Shown here: one piece after another, positions 17,187-26,113 of the stretch
How positions within the stretch are numbered: position 1 is the first letter of the stretch
How the letters are laid out: each line of letters begins with the position of its first letter
Sequence record: OZ335964.1
DNA length: 64,000 bases
Source: a phage
Direction: 5' to 3' (one strand)
Program-made: the position numbers and the translations under genes
The notes under the pieces: model-generated
The model's database searches: none
Seen by the model: only the letters and a program-made list of their open reading frames with translations
Told to the model about the DNA's origin: nothing

Positions 17187-18085
17187 TAAAAGTCTCCGTA
17201 GTTAACCTGAAAACATTCTACACCAATTGAGCGGTACATGTCAACCACTTGATCACGGTCGTCTACTGCCAAAACAACATGATAACGCGGTGCAATTTCA
17301 GAGAAGAAAATCTCTTTCTTCACTTCATGGTCAGGACGACGATCATTAGTTTCGCGCTGGAAGTGATCACTAGGTTCAATACCTTGTTCACGCAACCATT
17401 GCAGCGTATCTTCCTCGCAAACATCCTCACGTCCTGAGCACGTAATGATACGATAGCCATTATCACGATACAGTTTAAGCATTTCGATCACTTGCGGACG
17501 CGGTTTATCTTCTTTGACCTTTGTCCAGTCAAACGGATGACGACCGCCCTTATCCGCTAATGTTCCATCAATATCAAAGATCACTGCCTTCGGCAGCATT
17601 GTATTCGGTTTGTATACTTCTTGACCCATATATTCCTGCATCAGATAAAATTGGTTACGCAAATGAGAAAGTGGAATTGCTTTCTCGCCGCGATAGAAAT
17701 TACGTTTCTTTAGTGTCTCAAATGATTCATTGAACACTTGTTCAGTATACACCGCGTTAAATTCTTTTGCAAGTTCTTTGTAGAATACACGATGTTTTTC
17801 TTTCAGGTTGGTATCGGAGATAATGATACTCAATCCGCGTGATAGAGTCTCACGAGCAATCATTCTCTGAATAGACTCTACCAGCTTTTCTTTTTCCTTA
17901 GTATACTTGTATTTCAAAAGTGAGTCAACACCAAACAACATAAGACGAAGATCATCGCGATTCACATTACGATAATTACTAAACCGTTTACATGTTTCCA
18001 TAGCCCATGTAGTTTTACCAGACCCAGAACAACCAACGGTTAAAATCACTTCACATTTCGGCATTATTTCTCCTTCGGTTTGCAC
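17186..18085 (-). CDS. pseT: polynucleotide 5'-kinase/3'-phosphatase
   Basis: 299 aa (T4 PNK 301 aa); Walker A GCSGSGKTTWA and HAD phosphatase motif VIFDIDGTLAD. Confidence 0.9.
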   Translation of the reverse strand: MQTEGEIMPKCEVILTVGCSGSGKTTWAMETCKRFSNYRNVNRDDLRLMLFGVDSLLKYKYTKEKEKLVESIQRMIARETLSRGLSIIISDTNLKEKHRVFYKELAKEFNAVYTEQVFNESFETLKKRNFYRGEKAIPLSHLRNQFYLMQEYMGQEVYKPNTMLPKAVIFDIDGTLADKGGRHPFDWTKVKEDKPRPQVIEMLKLYRDNGYRIITCSGREDVCEEDTLQWLREQGIEPSDHFQRETNDRRPDHEVKKEIFFSEIAPRYHVVLAVDDRDQVVDMYRSIGVECFQVNYGDF

Positions 18086-18516
18086 CGTTCCTCATTAAGT
18101 TCTTTGCGATAATAACACATGATCAACTTACTTTCAAGTGTATATCTCTTAATATCAGCCAACCAAACTCTAAATTTTTGGGAGTCCTCCCACGACATAG
18201 AAACTCTAGGTTTACCGTCTATTGTATCCACTTTCAGGTTAATGTCAACTTTTTCTATTGGTGCTGGTAGTGGAGGATGTAATTTCGGTTCCTGTGAATA
18301 ATGGTCCATTGTACACGAAGAAAGAGCAAATACAATAGGCACAGCGAAGACATGGATTATGGCGGTCTGAAAATTCTTATGTGCTTTCTTAAACATCCAG
18401 TGTATCACGAAAATTGAAAACACCATAAGGATAATAATGCTTGCACCTATCCCCAGATAATCAACCAGATTAAAATTGTTTATCTGCTCTTGCGTAGGCA
18501 ATATTTCTATGCTCAT
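18064..18516 (-). CDS. membrane protein, unknown function
   Basis: 150 aa with two hydrophobic helices (IGASIIILMVFSIFVIHW, IIHVFAVPIVFAL); exact start uncertain. Confidence 0.45.
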   Translation of the reverse strand: MSIEILPTQEQINNFNLVDYLGIGASIIILMVFSIFVIHWMFKKAHKNFQTAIIHVFAVPIVFALSSCTMDHYSQEPKLHPPLPAPIEKVDINLKVDTIDGKPRVSMSWEDSQKFRVWLADIKRYTLESKLIMCYYRKELNEERCKPKEK

Positions 18517-18848
18517 TTAGTAGCCTCCTTTAATTCTTCGGTAAACTCCTTAAATGAATCATTAAGCTGTTTCTCTACCAACTTGGGTTTTTGTGCTACT
18601 ACATAGCCTCGTGTAGCGTCTTTCATTGCTTTGTTTTGTTCTTCTGCAAACTTAGTTCTTATTCCGTACATCTCCTTTTGTAGTGAGTCTACGACCTTCA
18701 TCTTTTCATCTGTCTTTTTCTTATACTCTGTAAATTCCTGATTCAGACGATCTACCTCCTTTTTATTTTCCCACCACATATTGCCACCTACCCCCAGCAA
18801 TACAGATATGATAACAATGTATATCAGCTTTGACATATTACCCCCCAA
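18513..18848 (-). CDS. membrane-anchored coiled-coil protein
   Basis: 111 aa; N-terminal TM segment LIYIVIISVLLGVGG then charged helical region. Confidence 0.5.
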   Translation of the reverse strand: MGGNMSKLIYIVIISVLLGVGGNMWWENKKEVDRLNQEFTEYKKKTDEKMKVVDSLQKEMYGIRTKFAEEQNKAMKDATRGYVVAQKPKLVEKQLNDSFKEFTEELKEATK

Positions 18849-18849
18849 C

Positions 18850-18876
18850 GACGAAAGGCGGGGAACTAGCCCCGCT
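18850..18876 (-). terminator. hairpin terminator after rnlA
   Basis: GCGGGG-AACTAG-CCCCGC hairpin just downstream of rnlA stop. Confidence 0.45.
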
Positions 18877-18881
18877 TATTA

Positions 18882-20051
18882 TTACCAATCAATCTTATCA
18901 GCCGGAATTAGTTTCTTATAATTCCGTAGATAGTAAGTTTTCATTGAAGCCAGAATACGGTCATAATCAAGACCATCAAATGCAATCATCAGACACATGA
19001 AAATATATGCTTGTGCATCACCATGTTTACGTGATTCGATAGTCGCATTGGATGCATATGTCTTTCTGTCTTCTCCAGCGTGTGCGTTATAAAATTCTGT
19101 TGCTGTCGTGAAGGCATTGCGAAGAATAGACCTGAATGCTTCCTCGAATAGCTCGATTCGTTCCAGTGCTTCCGGTTCTCCTTCATATGCAGCACGCAAA
19201 TCATCGGTTTCGCTTTCTACGACATAGTAGATCAGGTTATTAGGAAACATCGATGTGTTTTTAATGTTGTGCACACCAATATACCATTCACTCTTCACTT
19301 TGAACATTTGACCGTCTTTAGTGCGTGCAACAATTCCTTCGATACCTTCTGCGGTCCGAACTTCATCAAGAATATTGCTAAAACGCGCTGAATCAACCTG
19401 TAACGCATTTACCAGATGAGGACGTAGGATTGCGTCAGCAAATAGCATTTGATGCGGTACGTACTCTCCTGTGACGTTATGGCGTACATTCAGAAGTGTT
19501 AGCGACGGTTCAGAATATTCTACAACAATTCGGTTGCTGGGTGCTGTATATTCAAAGTTGAAAGTATAATCAGACCCAATATCGGCGATCTTAGCGCGTA
19601 GATCCGCATACTTCTCTGAATACAGAAGACCGTTTGCTCTCTCTGCCTGGCTTGAGTACAAGGCCGCTTTAGACTTCAACTGAACATAGCCGTTATCAAT
19701 GTATGTGCTTACTAGACTACCGTCCATTTTGTCCATGACCATTTCCACATCTTCCGGCTTAAAGCGAGCGCGATCATTCTCACCTAAATTAAAAAACTTC
19801 TCCATAGGACGAGATGCAATGCGGACAGGTCGGTCTTTATCATCGATTTCAAACATGATCCCGCGACACTCTAACGCATCTGGTTTATTCCACATTTCCG
19901 GTTTGCTCAAGTACAGATAACTAAAAATGCGCATACGGGTTTGCATTGCCGTAATTTCATCTTTGTAATAGAACGTATCAGATCCGTCACATAGTGCCAT
20001 CAGATTTTTGAACAATGCTAAAACTTTTTTGTTGTTTTCTTTTGTTGACAT
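18882..20051 (-). CDS. rnlA: RNA ligase 1
   Basis: 389 aa (T4 Rnl1 374 aa); nucleotidyltransferase motif I KMDGSL; synteny next to pseT. Confidence 0.8.
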   Translation of the reverse strand: MSTKENNKKVLALFKNLMALCDGSDTFYYKDEITAMQTRMRIFSYLYLSKPEMWNKPDALECRGIMFEIDDKDRPVRIASRPMEKFFNLGENDRARFKPEDVEMVMDKMDGSLVSTYIDNGYVQLKSKAALYSSQAERANGLLYSEKYADLRAKIADIGSDYTFNFEYTAPSNRIVVEYSEPSLTLLNVRHNVTGEYVPHQMLFADAILRPHLVNALQVDSARFSNILDEVRTAEGIEGIVARTKDGQMFKVKSEWYIGVHNIKNTSMFPNNLIYYVVESETDDLRAAYEGEPEALERIELFEEAFRSILRNAFTTATEFYNAHAGEDRKTYASNATIESRKHGDAQAYIFMCLMIAFDGLDYDRILASMKTYYLRNYKKLIPADKIDW

Positions 20052-20448
20052 AATTTGTGTTCCATTCTGGTTTAAATTTGGTGATCAAAACAGGTTCTTC
20101 GATATCGGCAGTGCTTATAATATCTTTACCCGTTGGATTCTCGATGTACAACTCAAAGCATTGGCGGTAATAGAATGTTACTGTCTTACCTTCCTCTAGC
20201 GCCTTATGAATATTCTTACTCTTGCGAGTATCCGCTGTTGGTGTTTGTCTGTTAATGCTCGTCCGGTAATAATTGATCCGCTTTCTGAGATTAACAGTCT
20301 GACCAATATATACCAGTTCATCATCAACCACAATAGCGTAAAGAACATTTAAACGGTTCTTCTGAGGCGGTAGAATCACATCACCATCTTTACACTCTAA
20401 ACATGAATATTTAACGAATCCATAGTTTTCTATTAGCTCATTAATCAT
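19987..20448 (-). CDS. denA: endonuclease II (GIY-YIG family)
   Basis: 153 aa; NVLYAIVVDDELVYIGQTVNLRKRINYYRT closely matches remembered T4 EndoII GIY-YIG core. Confidence 0.8.
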   Translation of the reverse strand: MINELIENYGFVKYSCLECKDGDVILPPQKNRLNVLYAIVVDDELVYIGQTVNLRKRINYYRTSINRQTPTADTRKSKNIHKALEEGKTVTFYYRQCFELYIENPTGKDIISTADIEEPVLITKFKPEWNTNYVNKRKQQKSFSIVQKSDGTM

Positions 20449-20469
20449 TATCCTTTCCTCACGTCACAA

Positions 20470-20492
20470 CAAAGGCGGGATTTCTCCCGCCC
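20470..20492 (-). terminator. hairpin terminator
   Basis: GGCGGGA-TTTC-TCCCGCC hairpin between denA start and upstream gene stop. Confidence 0.45.
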
Positions 20493-20498
20493 ACCTTA

Positions 20499-20897
20499 TT
20501 AACTTTCCAGAATATCGCGAGCTTCGTTACGCTCCTTGATGATTTTCAGGACAAATTCCAGTTTTTCTTTGTTCAGTGTTCCGTTTTCCATTGCTTCTTT
20601 GACGGTAAACACTCCGCCACCTTGCCCGTATACAGTGACAGTGATTTCACCTAACATCGTGGTATGAAAACCGCCAATTTTCGGTGATTCGAAAGAAACA
20701 ATCACCTCACGGATAGTATTGCCATCGTTGATTTCTTCCAGCGTAATATCGCTTTTGTAAGCGGTTGCTTTAACCATACGGATCAGCATAGTCTGATCTG
20801 GGGAGATGGTCATTTTGTCCATTGCATGTTGCAATGCAGCGTAACCGAAAACTTTAACGAAGTCCAGAACGTCTTTGCGAGTTTGAAATTTAATCAT
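20499..20897 (-). CDS. hypothetical protein
   Basis: 132 aa ORF with cassette promoter and RBS AAGGAG. Confidence 0.5.
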   Translation of the reverse strand: MIKFQTRKDVLDFVKVFGYAALQHAMDKMTISPDQTMLIRMVKATAYKSDITLEEINDGNTIREVIVSFESPKIGGFHTTMLGEITVTVYGQGGGVFTVKEAMENGTLNKEKLEFVLKIIKERNEARDILES

Positions 20898-20938
20898 CTT
20901 GATACTCCTTAGTAAGTTAGTTTCGTTTCGATGGGGGT

Positions 20939-20967
20939 ATCTTACTACCCCCGTTTCAGGCTGTCAA
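20939..20967 (-). promoter_or_regulatory. early promoter cassette
   Basis: TTGACA - 17 nt - TAAGAT; -10 in loop of GGGGGTA..TACCCCC hairpin; conserved leader CATCGAAACGAAAC. Confidence 0.5.
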
Positions 20968-21186
20968 CTACTTTTTAATGACAAGTTCGAATTTTGCTAC
21001 CTTACGTCCTCGTTTATTGAAAGCAACCCACGGACGGTTTTCAATGTAGAACAATTCTTCGCCAATAATGAATACTGGCTGATTGTAAAGGCGACCCATC
21101 AGGTCACGCTGGCGAATGGTAGTAGATTCGTATACTTCGCCTACTACAAAGTGTTTGCTGATAGAGTCGGTGCAAGTAAATTTCAT
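20968..21186 (-). CDS. hypothetical small protein
   Basis: 72 aa; C-terminus VAKFELVIKK resembles 47700..47906 (VAKFEIIE). Confidence 0.5.
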   Translation of the reverse strand: MKFTCTDSISKHFVVGEVYESTTIRQRDLMGRLYNQPVFIIGEELFYIENRPWVAFNKRGRKVAKFELVIKK

Positions 21187-21219
21187 TTTGATTCTCCTGT
21201 GTTTCGTTTCGATGGGGGT

Positions 21220-21248
21220 ATCTTACTACCCCCGCTATTCAGTGTCAA
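21220..21248 (-). promoter_or_regulatory. early promoter cassette
   Basis: TTGACA - 17 nt - TAAGAT; near-identical to the 20939..20967 copy. Confidence 0.5.
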
Positions 21249-21255
21249 CTACTTT

Positions 21256-21474
21256 TTACTTGTTGTATTCATTCCACCATTGAGTGAGCTTATCAATTAT
21301 TTTTGTGTTTCTATCCAACTTATCCCACCGTTTTCGAGGGTTTATCAACCGGAATAGGTAAGGTGTACTTGTTAAGTGAACTCTGTCAATATAGTGATTG
21401 ATGTACTGTTTTTCAATTCTAAGTTTCATCTTTTTACGATGAAAATATGCAATGACTTGTTCTTCTGTTTCCAT
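21256..21474 (-). CDS. hypothetical small protein
   Basis: 72 aa basic protein. Confidence 0.45.
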   Translation of the reverse strand: METEEQVIAYFHRKKMKLRIEKQYINHYIDRVHLTSTPYLFRLINPRKRWDKLDRNTKIIDKLTQWWNEYNK

Positions 21475-21498
21475 ATGTTCCTCCGTTTCGATGTGCGT

Positions 21499-21528
21499 AT
21501 TATGCTATGGCAAGATCTGATTGTCAAC
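21499..21528 (-). promoter_or_regulatory. sigma70-type early promoter cassette
   Basis: TTGACA - 18 nt - CATAAT on minus strand. Confidence 0.45.
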
Positions 21529-21540
21529 ACCCAATAACAA

Positions 21541-21566
21541 AAAAGTCGCCACTATGGGCGACTTTG
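21541..21566 (-). terminator. rho-independent terminator
   Basis: GTCGCC-ACTATG-GGCGAC hairpin with minus-strand T-run. Confidence 0.6.
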
Positions 21567-21574
21567 AACAAACA

Positions 21575-22051
21575 TTAATCATGACCGTGATTTGCAATAT
21601 CCGCTCGCGTCTTATCTTTGTGATTTCCTACGTCAAAGACACGATAACCATTTTCACGCAAAACTTTAATCACTTCTGGGTTATCTTCGAATACCCCCAC
21701 TACTCCATCTTTATCAAAGGATTTAATTACCTCTAATTTGATGTGATAGTCTTTACGGGAATCGGTACGTCCTCTCATAAAGATTTTATCAAAACATACA
21801 CCGTTAGAAATTAACCAATCAATTGTTTCCATGTAAGCATGTGAACTTCGTCCGGTGAGGATGTAAATCAAATGCCCGTTGTCGGAAAGAGCATTGATAA
21901 CACGGATTACATCGTAAATGGGGGAATCTCCCCCACATGCCTTGTTATATTCGATCCATGACTCGACTTTATCAAGATTTTCGGTTGGCATCTTTGCTAG
22001 TCGATGTGTTGGATCTGTGATCGTAAAATCTAAATCGACAAAATATATCAT
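21575..22051 (-). CDS. HAD-superfamily phosphatase (possible nucleotidase)
   Basis: 158 aa; motif I FVDLDFTIT (DxDxT), ILTGR, C-terminal VFEDNPE; coupled to nrdB stop (ATGA). Confidence 0.55.
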   Translation of the reverse strand: MIYFVDLDFTITDPTHRLAKMPTENLDKVESWIEYNKACGGDSPIYDVIRVINALSDNGHLIYILTGRSSHAYMETIDWLISNGVCFDKIFMRGRTDSRKDYHIKLEVIKSFDKDGVVGVFEDNPEVIKVLRENGYRVFDVGNHKDKTRADIANHGHD

Positions 22052-23208
22052 AGATATTTCCCGAATCGGTTGTAGTCATCGTCTGTTAAATCGGTATTAA
22101 CCTGAGACACCAGATACATAATCTCTACTTCCTGCGCTGCATTCTGCACTTCGTCAGAGTTTAACCACTTACGCATCCACGGTAAAGGATGACGACGAAC
22201 ACTAAACGGGCTTTTCAGTCCGGCAGCACGCATACGGGAATCTGCCAGGTATTCTACATAGGTTTTCAGAATTTCCGGTGACAGGTTAGGAATTGCCCCC
22301 ATTGCGAATAGGTGGTCTACCCATTCTTTTTCTTGCTCGACAACATCCAGAAAGATTTTCGTTGCTTCGTCTTCAAGTTCTTCCGCAATCTGTTTCCACT
22401 CATCACCATCAGCCCCCGTTTGCCATTGACGAATAATGTATTGTGTGCCTTTTAAGTGAAGTTGTTCATCACGCGCAATAAATTTCATGATCTTCGCGTT
22501 ACCTTCCAGTAAACCACGTTCGGCAAAGCTGAAAGTACATGCAAAGGACACATAAAAACGGATTGCTTCCAAAGCATTGACGCAGTGTGCACACAGATAA
22601 ATCGAAGCCATCAGATCTCGTTTTGTATCTTCAAAAAATCTTCTTGCATCATCTAATGCTGTCGGGTCGTCTCGTTCTTCCCAATAGCGGAGATCTTCTT
22701 TTGCGTTCTCATACTTACGAATCCAATAGAGAACATCATCATAATATTGCCCGATAGATTCCGCTCGCTTCATGATAGCAGGGTTATCGATGATCTGGTC
22801 AAACTCACTAGCCGGATCAATAAAACAGTTACGCATAATGTGAGTATAACTGCGGCTATGAATCGTTTCGCTGAATGTCCATGTTTGCAACCATGTATCA
22901 AGAGTCGGATCAGATACAATTGGACCAAATGCTGCGGACGGTGCGCGACCTTGAATAGAATCAAGTAATGTCTGATACTTCAAGTTTTCGGTAAAGAAAC
23001 GCTTTTCAACGTCACCCATATTAAGATATTGAATGCGGTCAGTTGCAAGCGAGATCTCTTCTGGACGCCAGAAAAATGACAATTGCTTTTCGATCAGTTC
23101 TTCAAATACTTGATGACGCTGAATATCATAGCGAGCGATACCCAACCCACTACCCAGAAACATCGGTTCGTTCATAATATCAACATGTTCGCGGTTAAAT
23201 ACGCTCAT
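22048..23208 (-). CDS. nrdB: ribonucleotide reductase small subunit
   Basis: 386 aa (T4 NrdB 388 aa); uninterrupted, no intron; synteny with nrdA. Confidence 0.9.
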   Translation of the reverse strand: MSVFNREHVDIMNEPMFLGSGLGIARYDIQRHQVFEELIEKQLSFFWRPEEISLATDRIQYLNMGDVEKRFFTENLKYQTLLDSIQGRAPSAAFGPIVSDPTLDTWLQTWTFSETIHSRSYTHIMRNCFIDPASEFDQIIDNPAIMKRAESIGQYYDDVLYWIRKYENAKEDLRYWEERDDPTALDDARRFFEDTKRDLMASIYLCAHCVNALEAIRFYVSFACTFSFAERGLLEGNAKIMKFIARDEQLHLKGTQYIIRQWQTGADGDEWKQIAEELEDEATKIFLDVVEQEKEWVDHLFAMGAIPNLSPEILKTYVEYLADSRMRAAGLKSPFSVRRHPLPWMRKWLNSDEVQNAAQEVEIMYLVSQVNTDLTDDDYNRFGKYL

Positions 23209-23223
23209 TAATTCACCTCACTA

Positions 23224-23391
23224 TCACTTTTTAACACAAAAGAACTTAGTATTTCTGTTTATTTCGTTATCCTGTTGCAATTCCTGCACGGCTTCAAAAC
23301 AACTTTGATGTGATGAAAACTCCACGCTGGTAACAGTTCCTTTATTATATGAGCCTACGCTAACGGAAAGCAATAACCATATTGTAGCCAT
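23224..23391 (-). CDS. small ORF (55 aa), tandem paralogue 1
   Basis: Hand-translated MATIWLLLSVSVGSYNKGTVTSVEFSSHQSCFEAVQELQQDNEINRNTKFFCVKK; start overlaps upstream stop (TAATG). Confidence 0.45.
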   Translation of the reverse strand: MATIWLLLSVSVGSYNKGTVTSVEFSSHQSCFEAVQELQQDNEINRNTKFFCVKK

Positions 23392-23564
23392 TAGTTCACC
23401 TTCTGCTTTTCAACACAGTACAGATTCATAAAGCGTTTATTGTCTTCGCGGATAATCTCGCGAGCTTTAACGCAATCCTGCTTTGTTGCAAATTCAATAC
23501 TTGACATGTTTCCGTAATTATACATTGAATTGCTGATTGCAATCAATAACCATACAGTAGCCAT
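23391..23564 (-). CDS. small ORF (57 aa), tandem paralogue 2
   Basis: Hand-translated MATVWLLIAISNSMYNYGNMSSIEFATKQDCVKAREIIREDNKRFMNLYCVEKQKVN; paralogue of 23224..23391; coupled on both sides. Confidence 0.45.
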   Translation of the reverse strand: MATVWLLIAISNSMYNYGNMSSIEFATKQDCVKAREIIREDNKRFMNLYCVEKQKVN

Positions 23565-23731
23565 TATTCGACAACCTCAAAGCATTTATCATCAGGAAGA
23601 ATAGCCCATTCTACGCCGTATTCATCCTCAACGTAGTAGCAAGTCCCATCATGTCGAGCATCATATACATCACCGACAACAAAGCTATCGGCTAGTTCAA
23701 AATCTACAGCAACACATTTTAATTTGGTCAT
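23564..23731 (-). CDS. hypothetical small protein
   Basis: 55 aa from MTKLKCV with RBS GAGGA; track ORF's 21-codon extension overlaps the promoter. Confidence 0.45.
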   Translation of the reverse strand: MTKLKCVAVDFELADSFVVGDVYDARHDGTCYYVEDEYGVEWAILPDDKCFEVVE

Positions 23732-23762
23732 AATAAAATCCTCACTTGTTTTTGATGGTTGT

Positions 23763-23791
23763 ATTATAGCGGGGATTTCTCCCCGCGTCAA
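23763..23791 (-). promoter_or_regulatory. sigma70-type early promoter cassette
   Basis: TTGACG - 17 nt palindromic spacer CGGGGAGAAATCCCCGC - TATAAT. Confidence 0.5.
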
Positions 23792-23800
23792 CACTTATTT

Positions 23801-26044
23801 TTACAGTTTGCAAGATGAACATTCGCTAGCGTCTTCCGTACCATCAGCACCATCACGCACGTTAGCGTAATACAGTGTCTTGAGGCCGTAATATTGAGCA
23901 AATAACATATCATCTAATACATCAGCAATATCGACTTTACCAGTCTTATAAGTGCTTGGATCATAGGATGTATTGGAACTAATCGCCTGGTCGACAAACT
24001 TCTGCATAATAGCTGCCAGTGTCAGATAAGGCTTGTTACCTTTCTTGATCAGTGTCCAAAGCAAGTCAATAACATCAGCATTATTCTCTACGTTCGGAAT
24101 AACCTGATTAAATTGCCCTTCTTTCGATCCTTTAACCGATACAATCCCGCGAGGCGGTTCAATACCGTTTGTGCTGTTAGACACCTGAGAAGACGACTCA
24201 CAAGGCATCAGCGCCGAAAGCGTACTGTTACGAATGCCATATTTTTTCAGGTCTTCGCGCAGTTCTTCCCAATCCATCTCATACACCGGGTCAACCAGTT
24301 CATCTACTGTCTTTTTGTACCAGTCGATAGGCAGTTCACCGCGACCATAACGTGTTTCGTGCATCAGTTCGCAAGCACCCTTCTCTTTAGCCAGTTGCAC
24401 ACTAGCCTTAATCAGAGCATATTGCAAGCGTTCAAACGTTTTATGCGTAAACTCGTTGGCGTCTTCATATGTGAAGAAATTATCCGCCAGATATGATGCA
24501 AAGTTAGTCACACCAACACCCAGAGAGCGACGTTTTTTTGCTGTCAGAGCTTGTTCTACGGGATAATCCTGGTAATCTAACAAGTTGTCAAGTGCACGCA
24601 CCATAACCATAGCAATGCGTTCTACTTCTTCCATGTTTTCGATATCGAAATTACCTAAAACATATGCTGCCAAAGTACATAGGCTGATCTCTGAATCATC
24701 ACGCCCCATTGGTTTAGTAGGCAGTGCAATTTCGCAACACAGGTTAGATTGTTTAATCGGTGCTACATTGCGAATAAACGCCCCGTGATTGTTCATGTTG
24801 TCTGTGAACGCTGGATAGATTCGACCAGTGTTAAAACGTTCAATTGCCACCGCTAAAAACAGGTCTTCGGCTTTAACACGAGTTTTACGAACACTCGGAT
24901 CTTTTTCCAGTTTTTCGTAAAGCTGGCGGAAACCTTCCTCATCTCGGAAGTACAGATCCCACAACAAGCCACCTGCAACATCTGGACTAAACAGAGTAAT
25001 GTAATCCCGTTTAAGGAATCGCTCTACCATCAGGTTATTAATCTGTACGCCGTAATCAAGATGGCGAATGCGGTTATCTTCTACCCCTTTGTTGTTCTTC
25101 AACACAATAAGACTTTCAAACTCTAAATGCCACATTGGGTAATAGAGAGTCGCCGCCCCGCCACGAATACCGCCTTGTGAGCATGACTTAACGGCAGTCT
25201 GAAAATGTTTCCAGAATGGGATAACGCCAGTATGACGAACTTCACCATGCCCGATCTTAGATCCTTCCGCGCGAATCATGCCAGCGTTGATACCGATGCC
25301 AGCACGCTTACTAATATACTTGATGATTGCATTTGCTGTTTCGTTGATGCCCTGCAATGAGTCATCAGATTCGATCACCACACACGAACTAAATTGGCGT
25401 GTTGGAGTACGCACACCAGCCATAATCGGAGTAGGAAGAGAAATTTGCTTATTAGCAACAGCATTATAAAAATCAATCACATGTTCAAGTCGATTTTCTG
25501 TCTCTTCTTGATGTAAACACATACCGATCAGCATATACGCAAATTGCGGTGTTTCGATGATTTTCTTAGTGCTGCGATCCTGAACAAGATATTTCTCTTT
25601 TAATTGCATCGCACCAGCATAGGTCATTTTAAAATCAAGTTTATGATCGATGAATTTCTCCAGATATTCCACTTCTTCACGGGAATACTTTTGCAGAATT
25701 TCGCGATCATATTTTCCGGTTGCAATATTACGCTCAATATGGCTGTAAAAATCAATCGGTTGGAATTGACCGTATACTGATTTACGAAGCGCGAACATTG
25801 CAAGGTTACTTGCTACATATTGATAATCAGGTGTTTCTACAGTAATGTTGTCTGCGGCGACCTTAATCAATACTTTCTGGATATCGTTGGTAGACATACC
25901 TTCTGTCAGAAGTGGTTCAACCATATCAAACAATTCATATGGATCAACGTTATGACCTTCGGCTGCCGCTTCCAGAATTTTCATTACTTTTTCTTTTTCA
26001 AACGGAACAGTCAGACCGGAAGACTTAACAACATTTTTAATCAT
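23801..26044 (-). CDS. nrdA: ribonucleotide reductase large subunit
   Basis: 747 aa (T4 NrdA 754 aa); ATP-cone N-terminus, class I RNR catalytic core. Confidence 0.9.
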   Translation of the reverse strand: MIKNVVKSSGLTVPFEKEKVMKILEAAAEGHNVDPYELFDMVEPLLTEGMSTNDIQKVLIKVAADNITVETPDYQYVASNLAMFALRKSVYGQFQPIDFYSHIERNIATGKYDREILQKYSREEVEYLEKFIDHKLDFKMTYAGAMQLKEKYLVQDRSTKKIIETPQFAYMLIGMCLHQEETENRLEHVIDFYNAVANKQISLPTPIMAGVRTPTRQFSSCVVIESDDSLQGINETANAIIKYISKRAGIGINAGMIRAEGSKIGHGEVRHTGVIPFWKHFQTAVKSCSQGGIRGGAATLYYPMWHLEFESLIVLKNNKGVEDNRIRHLDYGVQINNLMVERFLKRDYITLFSPDVAGGLLWDLYFRDEEGFRQLYEKLEKDPSVRKTRVKAEDLFLAVAIERFNTGRIYPAFTDNMNNHGAFIRNVAPIKQSNLCCEIALPTKPMGRDDSEISLCTLAAYVLGNFDIENMEEVERIAMVMVRALDNLLDYQDYPVEQALTAKKRRSLGVGVTNFASYLADNFFTYEDANEFTHKTFERLQYALIKASVQLAKEKGACELMHETRYGRGELPIDWYKKTVDELVDPVYEMDWEELREDLKKYGIRNSTLSALMPCESSSQVSNSTNGIEPPRGIVSVKGSKEGQFNQVIPNVENNADVIDLLWTLIKKGNKPYLTLAAIMQKFVDQAISSNTSYDPSTYKTGKVDIADVLDDMLFAQYYGLKTLYYANVRDGADGTEDASECSSCKL

Positions 26045-26087
26045 ATTACCTCACTTCATATTTTAGCAGGAACAAGTTTATCCTCCA

Positions 26088-26107
26088 TATTGGGGGCTTT
26101 CGCCCCC
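26088..26107 (-). other. GNRA-type stem-loop (possible terminator or RNA stability element)
   Basis: GGGGGC-TTTC-GCCCCC; minus-strand reading GGGGGCGAAAGCCCCC is identical to the hairpin 3' of gene 34; no clear minus-strand T-run. Confidence 0.35.
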
Positions 26108-26113
26108 CTTTGT

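Noticed and set aside
20899-21357. 152-aa + strand ORF
   Set aside because: Runs through two minus-strand promoter cassettes and two minus-strand genes; reading-frame artefact.
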